DNA of 63,987 bases, counting the filler, from Aduncisulcus paluster (taxonomy: Eukaryota), in the NCBI GenBank assembly GCA_024181965.1. It is 10 parts of 10 records of this genome, joined end to end, with 100 filler letters (N's around TTAATTAATTAA, not from the genome) between each part and the next. Parts side by side here need not be neighbours in the genome. Positions count along the whole stretch, not along the records: positions 29,555 to 34,107 come from BQXS01011387.1; positions 34,208 to 47,826 come from BQXS01011388.1; 8 more parts are not named here. One strand, 5' to 3'. Below are positions 31,271-43,200 of this stretch, piece by piece; position 1 is the stretch's first letter; each line of letters starts with the position of its first letter. The translations under genes and the position numbers were made by a program. The notes under the pieces were generated by a model that saw only the letters and a list, made by a program, of their open reading frames with translations, searched no databases and was not told the DNA's origin.

Positions 31271-34107
31271 ATGGCGAAAAAAAAGCAATTTTCCGAATTA
31301 AGTGATGGTGATGAGATAGAGATGCCTTCTTCATCATATGAAGAGTCATCCTCCTCTGAAATATATTCTATTGAACAGCTTGACGATGAAGAAGAGAGTG
31401 ACTCATCGAAATACAGAGTAACTGATGATGTATTCAACGATGGATTAACTCCCGACGAAAGGCGAAAGCTAGCCGAAGAACATGCGAAAATTCATATAGT
31501 AGATGAAGAATCATCTTCGAAATCTCTCCCTAACTTTGTTGTTGAAGAAGGAGAAGAAACCACTACGTCTAGTGTTTCTTCCACTTCAGTTCCTGATGTA
31601 ATAGTTCCCCGTAAGCCATCAAAACCCCAAAAACGTAGTGAATTCGATGTTTCTAGCTCCTCTGATGATCTTGATATATTGTTTGATGAATTTGATGAAA
31701 AAGTTCAATCGAGAAAGAAGTCAATCAGTCACCTGTCTTCCAAGAAAAGATCGAAAGAAACTCAAGATCCCCACAGTCCCATGAAGAAAGATAAGAAATC
31801 TCCCAAGAAGAAACCAACGATTAATCCACTTATGACACTTATCCAGGCTGAGCAAGACTATAAGGAGCAACAAACCCTTGAACGTGCTGCAATTGCTGTA
31901 GAAACTCATAATTCGGACGGTGATATGTGTCAGTTCTTTGTCCAAGCGTGTGTCCGATTCATGTTATCTGATTTATCTGGCCCTGACTTTGTGAAAGGGA
32001 TCATATCTCCTAACCCACTCCTTAGGGCAGCCATGCGTTGGATGGAGGTTATTGACATTGCCACGGACGACCTTTTATCCACTCACTGGCGCCGAGAAGT
32101 TCTCCTTGGTCTCCAGCACATGAGCACTGCATGTGTTAAGAGAGGATCTTTTGAATATCGAATGCGACAATATATAGACAGTATTGTGGAGGATGTTCTT
32201 AACAAGCTTGAGGAAGAAGAGGATGAGAAAATCAAGGATAAGATAGCGAAGAAGAGAGAGGATGAGAAAATACAGGAGAAAAGAGAAAAAAAGAGTCAAA
32301 TTGAAAATGATGATATTATTGACATTGACGATTCATCCTCACACAAAAAAGGAGAAGAAAGAGGAAAAGGAGAAGAAAAAGATAATGAAGAGGAAGAAGA
32401 AGAAGAAGAAGGAGAATCTTCAGTAATTTCTGGGGAGTCCTCAGACACATTTGATGGGGAAAATATATTTTCTTGTTCAAGAAGAATTCGAGAACGTTTC
32501 ACGGCAAGAGTTGATCGTCTCATATCGAATTGTATTGTTGGGCGAAATGAGAAAGATATGATTGGAAATACTCCCGAAATAGATTCCATGATGAGAAAAC
32601 AAAAGATTCGTACTGCCCGATCCATTGTGTATGATATTGATGATGAGTCCGAAGAAGAGAAAGGTAGAGCAAGTGAACATTGGAAAAATNNNNNNNNNNN
32701 NNNNNNNNNATCTTTTGAATATCGAATGCGACAATATATAGACAGTATTGTGGAGGATGTTCTTAACAAGCTTGAGGAAGAAGAGGATGAGAAAATCAAG
32801 GATAAGATAGCGAAGAAGAGAGAGGATGAGAAAATACAGGAGAAAAGAGAAAAAAAGAGTCAAATTGAAAATGATGATATTATTGACATTGACGATTCAT
32901 CCTCACACAAAAAAGGAGAAGAAAGAGGAAAAGGAGAAGAAAAAGATAATGAAGAGGAAGAAGAAGAAGAAGGAGAATCTTCAGTAATTTCTGGGGAGTC
33001 CTCAGACACATTTGATGGGGAAAATATATTTTCTTGTTCAAGAAGAATTCGAGAACGTTTCACGGCAAGAGTTGATCGTCTCATATCGAATTGTATTGTT
33101 GGGCGCAATGAGAAAGATATGATTGGAAATACTCCCGAAATAGATTCCATGATGAGAAAACAAAAGATTCGTACTGCCCGATCCATTGTGTATGATATTG
33201 ATGATGAGTCCGAAGAAGAGAAAGGTAGAGCAAGTGAACATTGGAAAAATAAGAGAGGGTCCCATGGAATGGATAGTACAGGACATACAAAACATACAGG
33301 CCAAGAGTCCAATGCGTCAGACTTTGGCAGAGATTATGAACACACCAGTCTCCATAATCTCCCTATCGATTATCCACACCTGCGAGGCTTTGTGAGAGAC
33401 AGAGTTGGATGCACAACCACCGAGGCTGCACACAGATGTCATGCATGCACACAGAAGGGAACGTCAGGAGGAGTGTATTTTGGTCTTTGTGGGCGTGTTT
33501 ATAATCCATTTTGTTTGCGCTATTGGCAAATGGACACGGTTGCTTTCCCAAAGACATCAAATAGTCTTAAATTAATGGAGGAAAGAGAACGAATTGGAGT
33601 TTCTCAAGATGATTTCGAGACAGACATTGACCATGCTTATGCTTGTAAGGAAGATCTCGTCGAAACAGAGTTTATTGGGAAATGTAAAACGAAACGACCT
33701 TCTACATCCAGCAGAGATAAAGATGATTCAATAAGAGAAAGAGAAACTGAGAAAGTTATAAAAATAGATGATATATCAGCCGATGGACACGGAGCCAAAG
33801 ATGATCCATCCAGAGCCAGTATTAATGATAACAATAAGAAATATATTCCGAGTGGTCGTAAACTCCCATTCCAAGACTCCATTGCATCGATTGTGCTCAG
33901 TGCTAGAAGTTTCAATCCCTCTTCCCTGGTCGTTCTACGCTCCACTGACTCAATCATGGAAGATCCTATCGTAAACATTCCTCTATCTCCCTTATTCCCT
34001 CCTTGTGCATTCTATTTTTATCCTCAGTGTGTCAGAGCCGTTCATGCAGGTCGACATTGTGCCGTAAGGATGTCTTTGTACCATCGTGCTCTTCATTTCC
34101 GTCTGAG
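31271..34107 (+). CDS. DUF4211 / CCDC82-like protein, 3'-truncated; contains an artefactual internal duplication
   Basis: Acidic N-terminus, FFVQAC...AAMRWM...LLSTHWRREVLLGL, CHAC...GRVYNP and GRHCAVRMSLYHRALHF follow the DUF4211 pattern. Confidence 0.65.
32146..33250. repeat. Gap-flanking duplication 32146-32689 ~ 32710-33250
   Basis: Copies differ by one GAA unit and an A/C substitution (32545 vs 33106). Confidence 0.9.
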
Positions 34108-34207
34108 NNNNNNNNNNNNNNNNNNNNNNNNNNNNNNNNNNNNNNNNNNNNTTAATTAATTAANNNNNNNNNNNNNNNNNNNNNNNNNNNNNNNNNNNNN
34201 NNNNNNN

Positions 34208-35354
34208 ACTCACGGTGAAGAGCAGCATGATGTGATTCTTGTGCTTGCTCATGATGTGGAACCAATGGAGATGTGTGTAGAGGAGATGGATGTAGAGGAG
34301 ATGTATGTAGAGGAGAGGTGTGTTGAGAGTGGGAAGAATGAGAGGATTGTGATGCAAGGGGAGGACTTTTGGATGCAGAATATTGCTGTTGTTTCATAAT
34401 ATAATTCTTCTGGAAAGATAGAGACACAGGCGTGGGGAGAGAAGGCGTTGAGAAAGAAGAAGAGGGGGGAGAAGAATGGGAAGAGGTGGAATGGGAAGAG
34501 GTGGAATGGGAAGAAGTGGAATGGAGAGAATGAGGAGAATGGAGAGAAGGAGAAGGTGACAAGGGAGGAGAAGTCTGAGTCCAATGAGAAGACACAGTAG
34601 TTTCTGCAGGGATTAAAGTTTGAGTTGAAGAAGAGATAGAAGCTTGAGGAGGTAATGTTTGGGTAGAAGAGGAGCAAAAGGGCTTTGGAGGAGGAGATTT
34701 TAGGAGAGAAGCTTCCTTTTCATCCTCATAAGTTTTCAGAAGGGAAGAAAGGAAATGATAACTTTCTGTTAAATTTAATGGATAAATTGGGAATGAGATT
34801 ATAGATACAGGGCCAAAGCCACTCAAATCTTCAATAAAAAACTCCAAGTAACTTGAGTCATAAGATCGATCAGTCTTTGGGAGTACGATTGAGGAATGCG
34901 GGGATAAGGATGAAAAATGAAGGGATTTATGCATTGATGAGGCCAGAGGGGATTGGAGAGCATCCAAATCCTCTTCGACCAAAACAGTGTCTTCATCGTC
35001 AGTTGTGCAAAGAGTAGCTGGAGATGGAATAGACGAGGATATGTCATGTTGGGGAATAGAATTAAGAAATAGAACGATTAAACCTTCTTTTTTATATGTT
35101 TTATCGATGAGATCACATATCTTGGAAGGAAATTCTGAAAAACTGAAGCTAATATTGGTATAATTAGAAGCCGTTATTGTATTATGATAAAGAAAGGGAT
35201 TCTGAGTATCTATTGATTGGATTGAGAGAGAGAGGGAGTCTAACTGACCATCTCCTCCCATGATGGGTTTCATTCTAATTGATGCCCATAATGTCGAAGG
35301 AAATGCCGGGGATTCCCTCTTTCTAACAATAATTCTTACCTTTTTAGCAATCAT
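34208..35354 (-). CDS. SAS-6 N-terminal head-domain protein (SAS-6-like), 3'-truncated
   Basis: DTQNPFLYHNTIT...FSEFPSKICDLIDKT and LEFFIEDLSGFGPVSIISFPIYPLNLTESYHFLSSLLK align with SAS-6 DDTDPFFLYNLVIS...FLAFPQKFIDLLQQC and [36 protein letters not shown]. Confidence 0.65.
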
Positions 35355-35520
35355 TTGCGAGAAAGAGCGAAACAAATAGTTGAAAGAGAATCTTTCTATT
35401 ATTATTATAAATATATTGAAATAGATAACTATTATAACATTTTATTTAAGAATAATGATGTTATTATCAATTTATTTCCCACAATCGAAGATTGATAATT
35501 TTTCCCGTGTATTCGTTACA

Positions 35521-36382
35521 ATGAGCTATTTAAAGAAAAGGTATGAATATAAATTTTGTGATTTGTTTTTTTAAGATTATCTTACATTGTATAAAATCTC
35601 TCATACCACACAGATGTACGATTTTGGAACAAGGGGTGACTGGAGGAAGATGTCTCTCTGTGAAATATCCAACAGCCCCTCAAGTCCCTTATCCTTGGGA
35701 TCCTAAACCCTCAAGCAAGTCTCAAAAGTGTTATAGGGATATATTTTCATCTGGTTTCAAACGACATGATAATACTCTTTTCCATTCCCTTTCTATGGCT
35801 CCAATTGAGGCATTTGAAGAAGTGGAAGATACAGATGTCAAGATAGATGATGAATTCAGACTTCACTTCGATACTACTCATATTCAAGAAGATCCCCACC
35901 TCACTGATGTTCAAAAGAAATATTACGTCATGTGGAATGTTTTTATCTCATCTTTGCCCGTAAAACCAGCAAATGTTCACATGTATGACGTATTTAGGCA
36001 TTTTATTCGACAGACCTTTCGTGAATTTGGTCCTGAAAACCGAATTTTGTTTGCTTTCCATCTACATTCGTTCGCTCTTCAGAAAGTTTTGAGCGCTAAT
36101 CATATAAAAGTTCTTCTTTATGAACTTGACACTCTCTTTTCAAAAGACAAGATAAAATCCGACGCTACGCATCATCACACCAAAATAGCGATATATCCAA
36201 GCTCGGAAATGTCTAAAGAAGAAAATAGGAAGGTATTCTCTGAATATCACGATAAATTATCCTCGATGGAGAAAGAGAGAGATGAAATGAGAAAGAGTCA
36301 TTGGGGAGATAGAGTCAGAATGGGAGAAGTGATGAGTGACGGTGGGTTACGAGGGATTCATGTGAAGATGGATGGAAAATAG
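35521..36382 (+). CDS. SUZ12: VEFS-box protein (PRC2 SUZ12/EMF2/VRN2 family); join(35521..35540,35614..36382)
   Basis: HDNTLFHSLSMAPI...EDTDVKIDDEF...IQEDPHLTDVQKKYYVMWNVFI...FRHFI...FAFHLHSFALQKVLSANHI matches VEFS (HNRLYFHS...DSEDE.D...[22 protein letters not shown]...FMLHL). Phase-2 intron 35541-35613, GTATGA...ACACAG. Confidence 0.75.
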
Positions 36383-36394
36383 AAGATAATCTAA

Positions 36395-37249
36395 GGAAAT
36401 ATCGACGTCTTACAGGCAGAGAAGAAGGAGAGACGAGGATCTCTCGCTTCACAGGGTTCTTATCGGAATGTTCGACTCCACCATAAAGATGTTTCAAAGG
36501 TTGCTCTTCCTTCCATTGCTAGATGCATTCAGATACAACGTGAATGTGTGTTCAATGGATGCACATTCCACTTTTGTGGGCTTCGATCAAGGCTTCGAGT
36601 GCATGAACTTCAATATTATGAATCTATCGTTGTTGCTAAACTATTTGGTGCTCAAATCATGTATTCGACTGTAGAACAAGACTATTTGAAGAGAAGGAAA
36701 GCCCATCTACTGCACCAGAATGAAGAAGAGAAGAAGCGATTCTTGTCCAATCCACTCCCTTTTTGTCATGATTCAATTAAACACAAGCGTGCTGATGGTG
36801 ATCTTGAGGAATCGAGTGAGAGTGGAGAGTCTGAGGAGGAAGAGGATAGTCATGGTCGATATGCAGGCAGAGAAGAAGAGAAGGATTGCAATACGAAGGA
36901 ATTTGAAAGTGGCTCAAAGGATTATTGTTATGCTCAGATGGAGAAGTACAACATCACGGAAGATGATGCATTTATTGGACGTATTGGGAAAGAGTGCACA
37001 CATGTCATTGCAGAGAATATGAATGGGTTAAGAGAAGCAAGGGATTTGTTTACAACGTTAGAAACAAATGGGAATAGTCGAGTGTTTAATATTAATTATC
37101 TTGTTTTTATTGAAAAGGGAGTTACTTTGAGTCAGATCCGTAGCAATCAGATGACCCCTCATTCAATCTCAGCTTCATGGGATAACAATAAACAAGATGA
37201 ATACAAAACACCCACCAATAGTTTCCACGCTGCTTGTTCTTGTTTTTGA
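36395..37249 (+). CDS. BRCT-domain ORF (FCP1-type BRCT) with no ATG before the domain
   Basis: QRECVFNGCTFHFCG...AKLFGAQI...CTHVIA...RVFNINYL. Frame is open from 36395 and is the same frame as the upstream VEFS ORF. Confidence 0.6.
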   Translation, partial: GNIDVLQAEKKERRGSLASQGSYRNVRLHHKDVSKVALPSIARCIQIQRECVFNGCTFHFCGLRSRLRVHELQYYESIVVAKLFGAQIMYSTVEQDYLKRRKAHLLHQNEEEKKRFLSNPLPFCHDSIKHKRADGDLEESSESGESEEEEDSHGRYAGREEEKDCNTKEFESGSKDYCYAQMEKYNITEDDAFIGRIGKECTHVIAENMNGLREARDLFTTLETNGNSRVFNINYLVFIEKGVTLSQIRSNQMTPHSISASWDNNKQDEYKTPTNSFHAACSCF

Positions 37250-40200
37250 AGGAGTTCTTCCCTTTCCTCCCCTTTCATGGCACTCTCTGGCTCATCTGTC
37301 ACCATTCTTGTTTCTTGAATTTCTGATGGGCTTGGTGTCACATCATCTTCCTTTTTCTTCTCTTCTTTTTCTTGAGAAACCAAACGACTACCACTAGTAT
37401 TGTCGACAACACTGACAAAACTATTCAGAATCAAGCGAATTATTCTCATCCTTTTGCCAATTTCAATCGAATTATTCAAATCATTTTGTAATGTCTCACC
37501 AATTTTCTCTTTTGGGCATACAATGTCTTTTTCAAGCTCTCCACAAAGGTAAGTAAGACGAGAAATACTCACCCGAAGGTTTGAATCCAAATCCTCTTCC
37601 TTTTTATACCGTTTAAGACGTTGTTTCAAGGCTTCACTGCTCATCTTGACAATTGTTGACTCTAAGAGTTGAATAAAGGAGAGAATTGTCGGATTAATTA
37701 CATGTGATGTGTCTTCTGTTCTCTTTTTCATAAATTGCTCTTTCAAATCTGTCTTTGTTCGTATCAATTCTGACTCACAAAGACTGAGTCTCCTTCTCAA
37801 TTTCAGATATAGTTGTGATATCTTGGCACAGGTTTCATTAGATGTTTGAGAACAATCAATCGTCATATCATTATCACCATCCATAGCAGAGGAAGAAGAA
37901 GAAGAGGAAGGATTCCGAATAATGCTTTGACGTAAGGCAAGTTCAAGAGCACGATTTCTTCTGATTAACTTGGCGTTTTCTTTACCTATTGAATATAATG
38001 CCTGGCGATGTTTTGAAGATGTGATAGATGCGACTCCAAGCATCGAATCCACCTTTTTCTTAGCTTCTTGGGCCTTCCTTGATAGTTCTTCAAGATTGGC
38101 ATAATCCCTTCGCATTTCACTTACCTTAGCTTCCATCTCATCCATCACAGCCTTCAAACTCGATATTTCTTCATCCTTGAGTTTGATTGTATGTTCAGAC
38201 TCAGACAGACGCTCCATGGTATCTTGTGAATGTGAATGAAGAGAACTAAGAGAATCCTCTGAAATCTCAAGCTTTTTAGATAAATTGGAAAGTTTAGCTT
38301 CATATTCTTGTGTTAAGACTATAACGGAATGCGCATGATCTGATTCCATACCTTGTTTAATACTTTGAAGAGTTTTTAAGTCACAACAACTCTGGCAATG
38401 TTGAGATTTTAGCTCAGAATGTTCTTTCTCAAGGATTGAGTACTCGGAACTCAGTGAAGAATGGCAATCTTTCAATGAGATCAGTTCAAGACGTTGAGAT
38501 TCATATTTTTTCTGGAGGTTCGTCAACTCGATATTAAAAGTTTCTTTAGCTCTTTTCTCTTCATCGAGTTGCCGTTTGGTCCTTTCGAATTGTTCTTTGA
38601 GTTTTTCTTTGTCTCTTCTTTCATCTTCGGCTAGTTTCTTGGCTCTTTTCTTCTGTCTGTTCTCTTGTTCTTTTAAAGATATCTCTTTCTGTTTCTCAGA
38701 TCTCTCATATGAGAGTTTCTCAGTCACAGAATCTAAANNNNNNNNNNNNNNNNNNNNTCTCAAGGATTGAGTACTCGGAACTCAGTGAAGAATGGCAATC
38801 TTTCAATGAGATCAGTTCAAGACGTTGAGATTCATATTTTTTCTGGAGGTTCGTCAACTCGATATTAAAAGTTTCTTTAGCTCTTTTCTCTTCATCGAGT
38901 TGCCGTTTGGTCCTTTCGAATTGTTCTTTGAGTTTTTCTTTGTCTCTTCTTTCATCTTCGGCTAGTTTCTTGGCTCTTTTCTTCTGTCTGATCTCTTGTT
39001 CTTTTAAAGATATCTCTTTCTGTTTCTCAGATCTCTCATATGAGAGTTTCTCAGTCACAGAATCTAAATTAGATTGCAGTGAGAAACTTTCCTTCTCACT
39101 CTTTGATATGAGATTCGATAAACGAGTCTTTAAAATACTCACTTCAGCCTGAACTGTCTCTAATTCCTCAGAATGATTCTCAATGAGTCTATTTTTATCC
39201 TTTTTATGTTGAGAAACTAATAATTTTATCCTATCTTCAGCTAAAGTGATGCCGTGGGTCTTGGATTCGATAATGGAGTTGAGTTTTTTAGATTCTTCGA
39301 TAAATTCCCTCTCTTGGTCTTTCCAGGAAGACATCTCTCTGCAATGTTTGGACTCTTCAACACGACATTTTTCCTCAAATTCTTTAAGTTTTTCAACGAA
39401 TCTTTTTTCGCTCTGTTCATTTTCCTCCTTGAGTTTCTTTTCTTCCGACTTAAATTGGTATTTCTGTGTTTCAAGATCGTTTGTCAATTCTTTAATCCTT
39501 TTGTCTTTCTCTTTTAATTCAGATTGTATTGAATGGCATTTCCCATCAAGGGATTCAATTTCTTCTCTCAATTGTGCACAATCATCCTTACAAGTCTTCA
39601 ATTTCATAGAACTAATTGTGATTTCCTCCCGTAGATTTGATACTTTTTCTTGTAATTCGTTCCTGACCTTTGTAATGGCTTCCTGATGCTGCAAAGAAAG
39701 AGAAGAAGAGAGAGAGGAAAGAGAAGAAGAGAGCACTGCTGAATGCTCAGATTGAGCATGTTTCATGTCTTCCCTGCTCTTCAAAAGCTCAGATTGTGTC
39801 GACTTTAATTCAGTACTAATCGAAGCGTAATCTGCTTCTAATTCCCTCAGTTTATCCTCAAGTTTGGACTTATTCTCTTTCTCAGCAATGTACATGGACT
39901 CAAATCTTCTCAATTTCTGAACTATTTCCTGAGTTTTGTCTAAATCAGTCATCAAAGAAACAATACGACTTTCAGATATTTTCTTATCACTCTTACATTG
40001 GGTTAAATGACTTTCACTTACTGAATATTGTTCCCTTAATGTGTCAAGAGTCGTCTGCAATTCGGAACAGCGAGATTCAATTTCTATACGAGTAGTCTCA
40101 GAGATTTGTAACAGTCCTTGGCATTCAACGAGACGATTGTTGAGTGTTTGTGCTTCCTCCTCTTTTCCTTTGAGAATTATATTGATTTGATCAATTTTTT

Positions 40201-43200
40201 TCTCTAATTCAACACCCTTTTTGCTCGATTCGTCAAATTTACACAATATAGTGTCAAATTCTTCTTCCTTTGAGTATAAATCTTGCTTAAGAACTTCAAT
40301 GCGACTATCTTTGGAGGAGTTGTCAGTCCGAAGATCTAATATTGACTGTTTCAAGAGTTTTATAGAACTCAACATCTGCAGTGTTTGGTTATCACGAAGA
40401 GAAAGAGATGTTCCTTGTTCCTCTTTATGCTCTTCTTTCCCTTCCATTGAAGCTTTAACAATACTATCACCACTATCACTACCACCATTCTCACTTCCTT
40501 GTAATATTTGGAACAATTTCATTCTTCTATTGACTTTATCTTGCATTCCTTTCCGAATTGTATCTTTTCTATACACAGATAAACTGTCATCCACATCACT
40601 ACCACTGTCACTGCCACTACAAGCATCAATATCGGTTGTAATACTTGAGTCTGTTCTAAAAATAGAAGATCTATTATTAGATACCCAAGATACGAGCACA
40701 CCGATATCACATTCCAGTTCAGATATACAATTTAATAGCATTTTAACTCTATTATTTGCATCCTTCAAATCAATAGCTTCTTCAGACACAGAAAATGGCA
40801 GATGAGAGGAAAGCAAGGAAGTTGCTCCACACATAGTGCCAAGTGTGGTCTTTGATGTCATAGTTGTTGAAGGAGAATAAGTTGAACAAGGAGAATGAAG
40901 AGAGTCCAAAGAAGGAAGAGGAGGAGTCATGGGTTCTTGTGCTTCTTCTCTCTCTTCTCCTCCACCATCTTCTTCCATTCCAACGTCTTGTATTGAAGTT
41001 AAATCCTTTGAGGCTGCATGAGTCTTCTCAAAAGGTAAGATAAGATGGGTGAAAGCAGACAATGGGAGCTCAGAGAGAGAAAGAGAAGGGAAAGGAACAG
41101 ACATGCCAACATAATGTTGCTCTTCACGCCTCTTGGATTCCTTGGCCCGCTTTTCTTTCTCTTTCAACTGACTCTTGCACAAATCTAACTCAGATAGAGC
41201 ACTTTGGAGCTGACCCTTGAGATCTGAATAATCATCCGAAAGATTCTCAAGATCTAATTCGGTATGCTCAAGCTTGGACTCCTGTTCCTTATATTTCACC
41301 ATAAGATCCTCATAGTTAGCTTCACTCTCTTGTAAGTCCACGGAAAGATCATTCACAACTGCCTCAAGCTCAAGGATATGACTTTCAACATCAATCATCA
41401 TCTCTGCTTCTTCTCCTTCTTGAGCTTCTCCTTCTTCTTGTGCTTCCTCCTCCTCTCTTCCTCTTTCTTCTTCTTCTTGCAAGCTTGAATTCAACATGAC
41501 TTGAGATTGAATAGATCCACTTACTTGATATTGCTCGAGTTGAATGGTAAGTTCGGACACTACAGCCTCAAGCTCAGCAATTTGAGCATCACGGAGGTCA
41601 ACAATTTCCTGTGTATTGTTTTCATACACCCTTTTCTCTTCGAAAAATCTCTCCTCTTTCTCTTCAAACTCTTGTACACGATCTCTAAGAGTCACTATCT
41701 GATCTTCAAGTTCTTCATTGACTCGTTCACACTCTTCCACTATTCCACACAACTCTTTCCTTCGCTCTTCACCTTCCCTAGAGGCCTCTTTCTCAACAAC
41801 AAGCTTCCACTGGAGTTCCTGAAGACGTTCTCGCATAGATGCACTCTCTTTTATAAGGTGAGCATGGAATACAGTCGTGAGACCATGGGAAAGAGTTGGA
41901 GAGAATGACGGGAAAGGGTGATGGTGCGTTTGATTTTCAGTCAGATCGGATTCAGTTCCTGGTACAGGGGGGGACATCGATGTACCAGCATTTGTCACGA
42001 TCATTGTTCTTTGTGCAACAGACTTAGTACTGATATCATACTTCTTGGCTTTGGTCAGGATTCCATGGAGACCTGTCTGTGTGCTTGAAGAAGTCCGAAT
42101 GCACGCATTGTTATTTCTACCTTTCGTCTGTTTGGTCTCAATCTTTCCAATCTCCTTCTCCTTGCCTTTCTCTTCTTCTTCCTCTTCTTCCTTTTCTCCA
42201 TCATCTTCTTGGTCTTTTGTCAATTGGTTCTTTTTCACAGTGCTTGGTNNNNNNNNNNNNNNNNNNNNTTCCATGGAGACCTGTCTGTGTGCTTGAAGAA
42301 GTCCGAATGCACGCATTGTTATTTCTACCTTTCGTCTGTTTGGTCTCAATCTTTCCAATCTCCTTCTCCTTGCCTTTCTCTTCTTCTTCCTCTTCTTCCT
42401 TTTCTCCATCATCTTCTTGGTCTTTTGTCAATTGGTTCTTTTTCACAGTGCTTGGTGTTGTATCCTTTCTGAGACGACTCGATTGGACAACAGCAGGCGT
42501 ACCAAGCGTCCCTACTATACGTGAATCAAACCCAGAATGCCCAGACATTGACTGAGAATGGTCACCACATCCTCCTGAGCTCACGAAAGGAGAATATCTC
42601 CTTCCAACTGTTGTAGTAGGACTCAATGATACTCCACTGTTGTGTTCTCTCACACGAAGTCCCATAGATGATCTATGGTGAGATGCTGGAATAGCTACAC
42701 CGGTGGTACCAGGAATAATATTACTACTAGAGGTAACGAGAGGAGTGTTAGAGACAACCTGAGAGAGATGGGAGAGGGAGAGAGGATGTGGAGACAACTC
42801 AGAAATATCCTCAATCTCAAAAATATCCTCCTCTTCTTCTTCTTCTTCTTCATCATCATCATCGACTTCTTCTCTTCCTTCCTTTCCTTCCCTCTCTTCC
42901 TTACCCTCTGCTTTATCTGTCCTTTCATGTGACCCTATTGATTGAGACTCTGCATCAGTAAATGTCTCATTGGAAGTATTAGGAATAGTATTATCTAATG
43001 TACTATCTTGACGGTCACTCAGTACACTTTTCCCTTTCTCCTCAATACATCTCTTCACCATGTCATGAATGTCGGCTTCTTTCTTGCCCATTTGCACTCC
43101 CATTTCAAGCATGGCAGCCAGGGTATCTGATTCACTGAGTAAACCACGAGATAAAAGGTCCAAAAGAGACAATAAACTTAAGGAAGGTGATTCTGGAACA

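Noticed and set aside
32146-33250. Apparent internal tandem domain repeat in the DUF4211 protein, and similar repeats in the WD40 gene
   Set aside because: Copies sit exactly on either side of 20-N gaps, so they are unmerged assembly overlaps.
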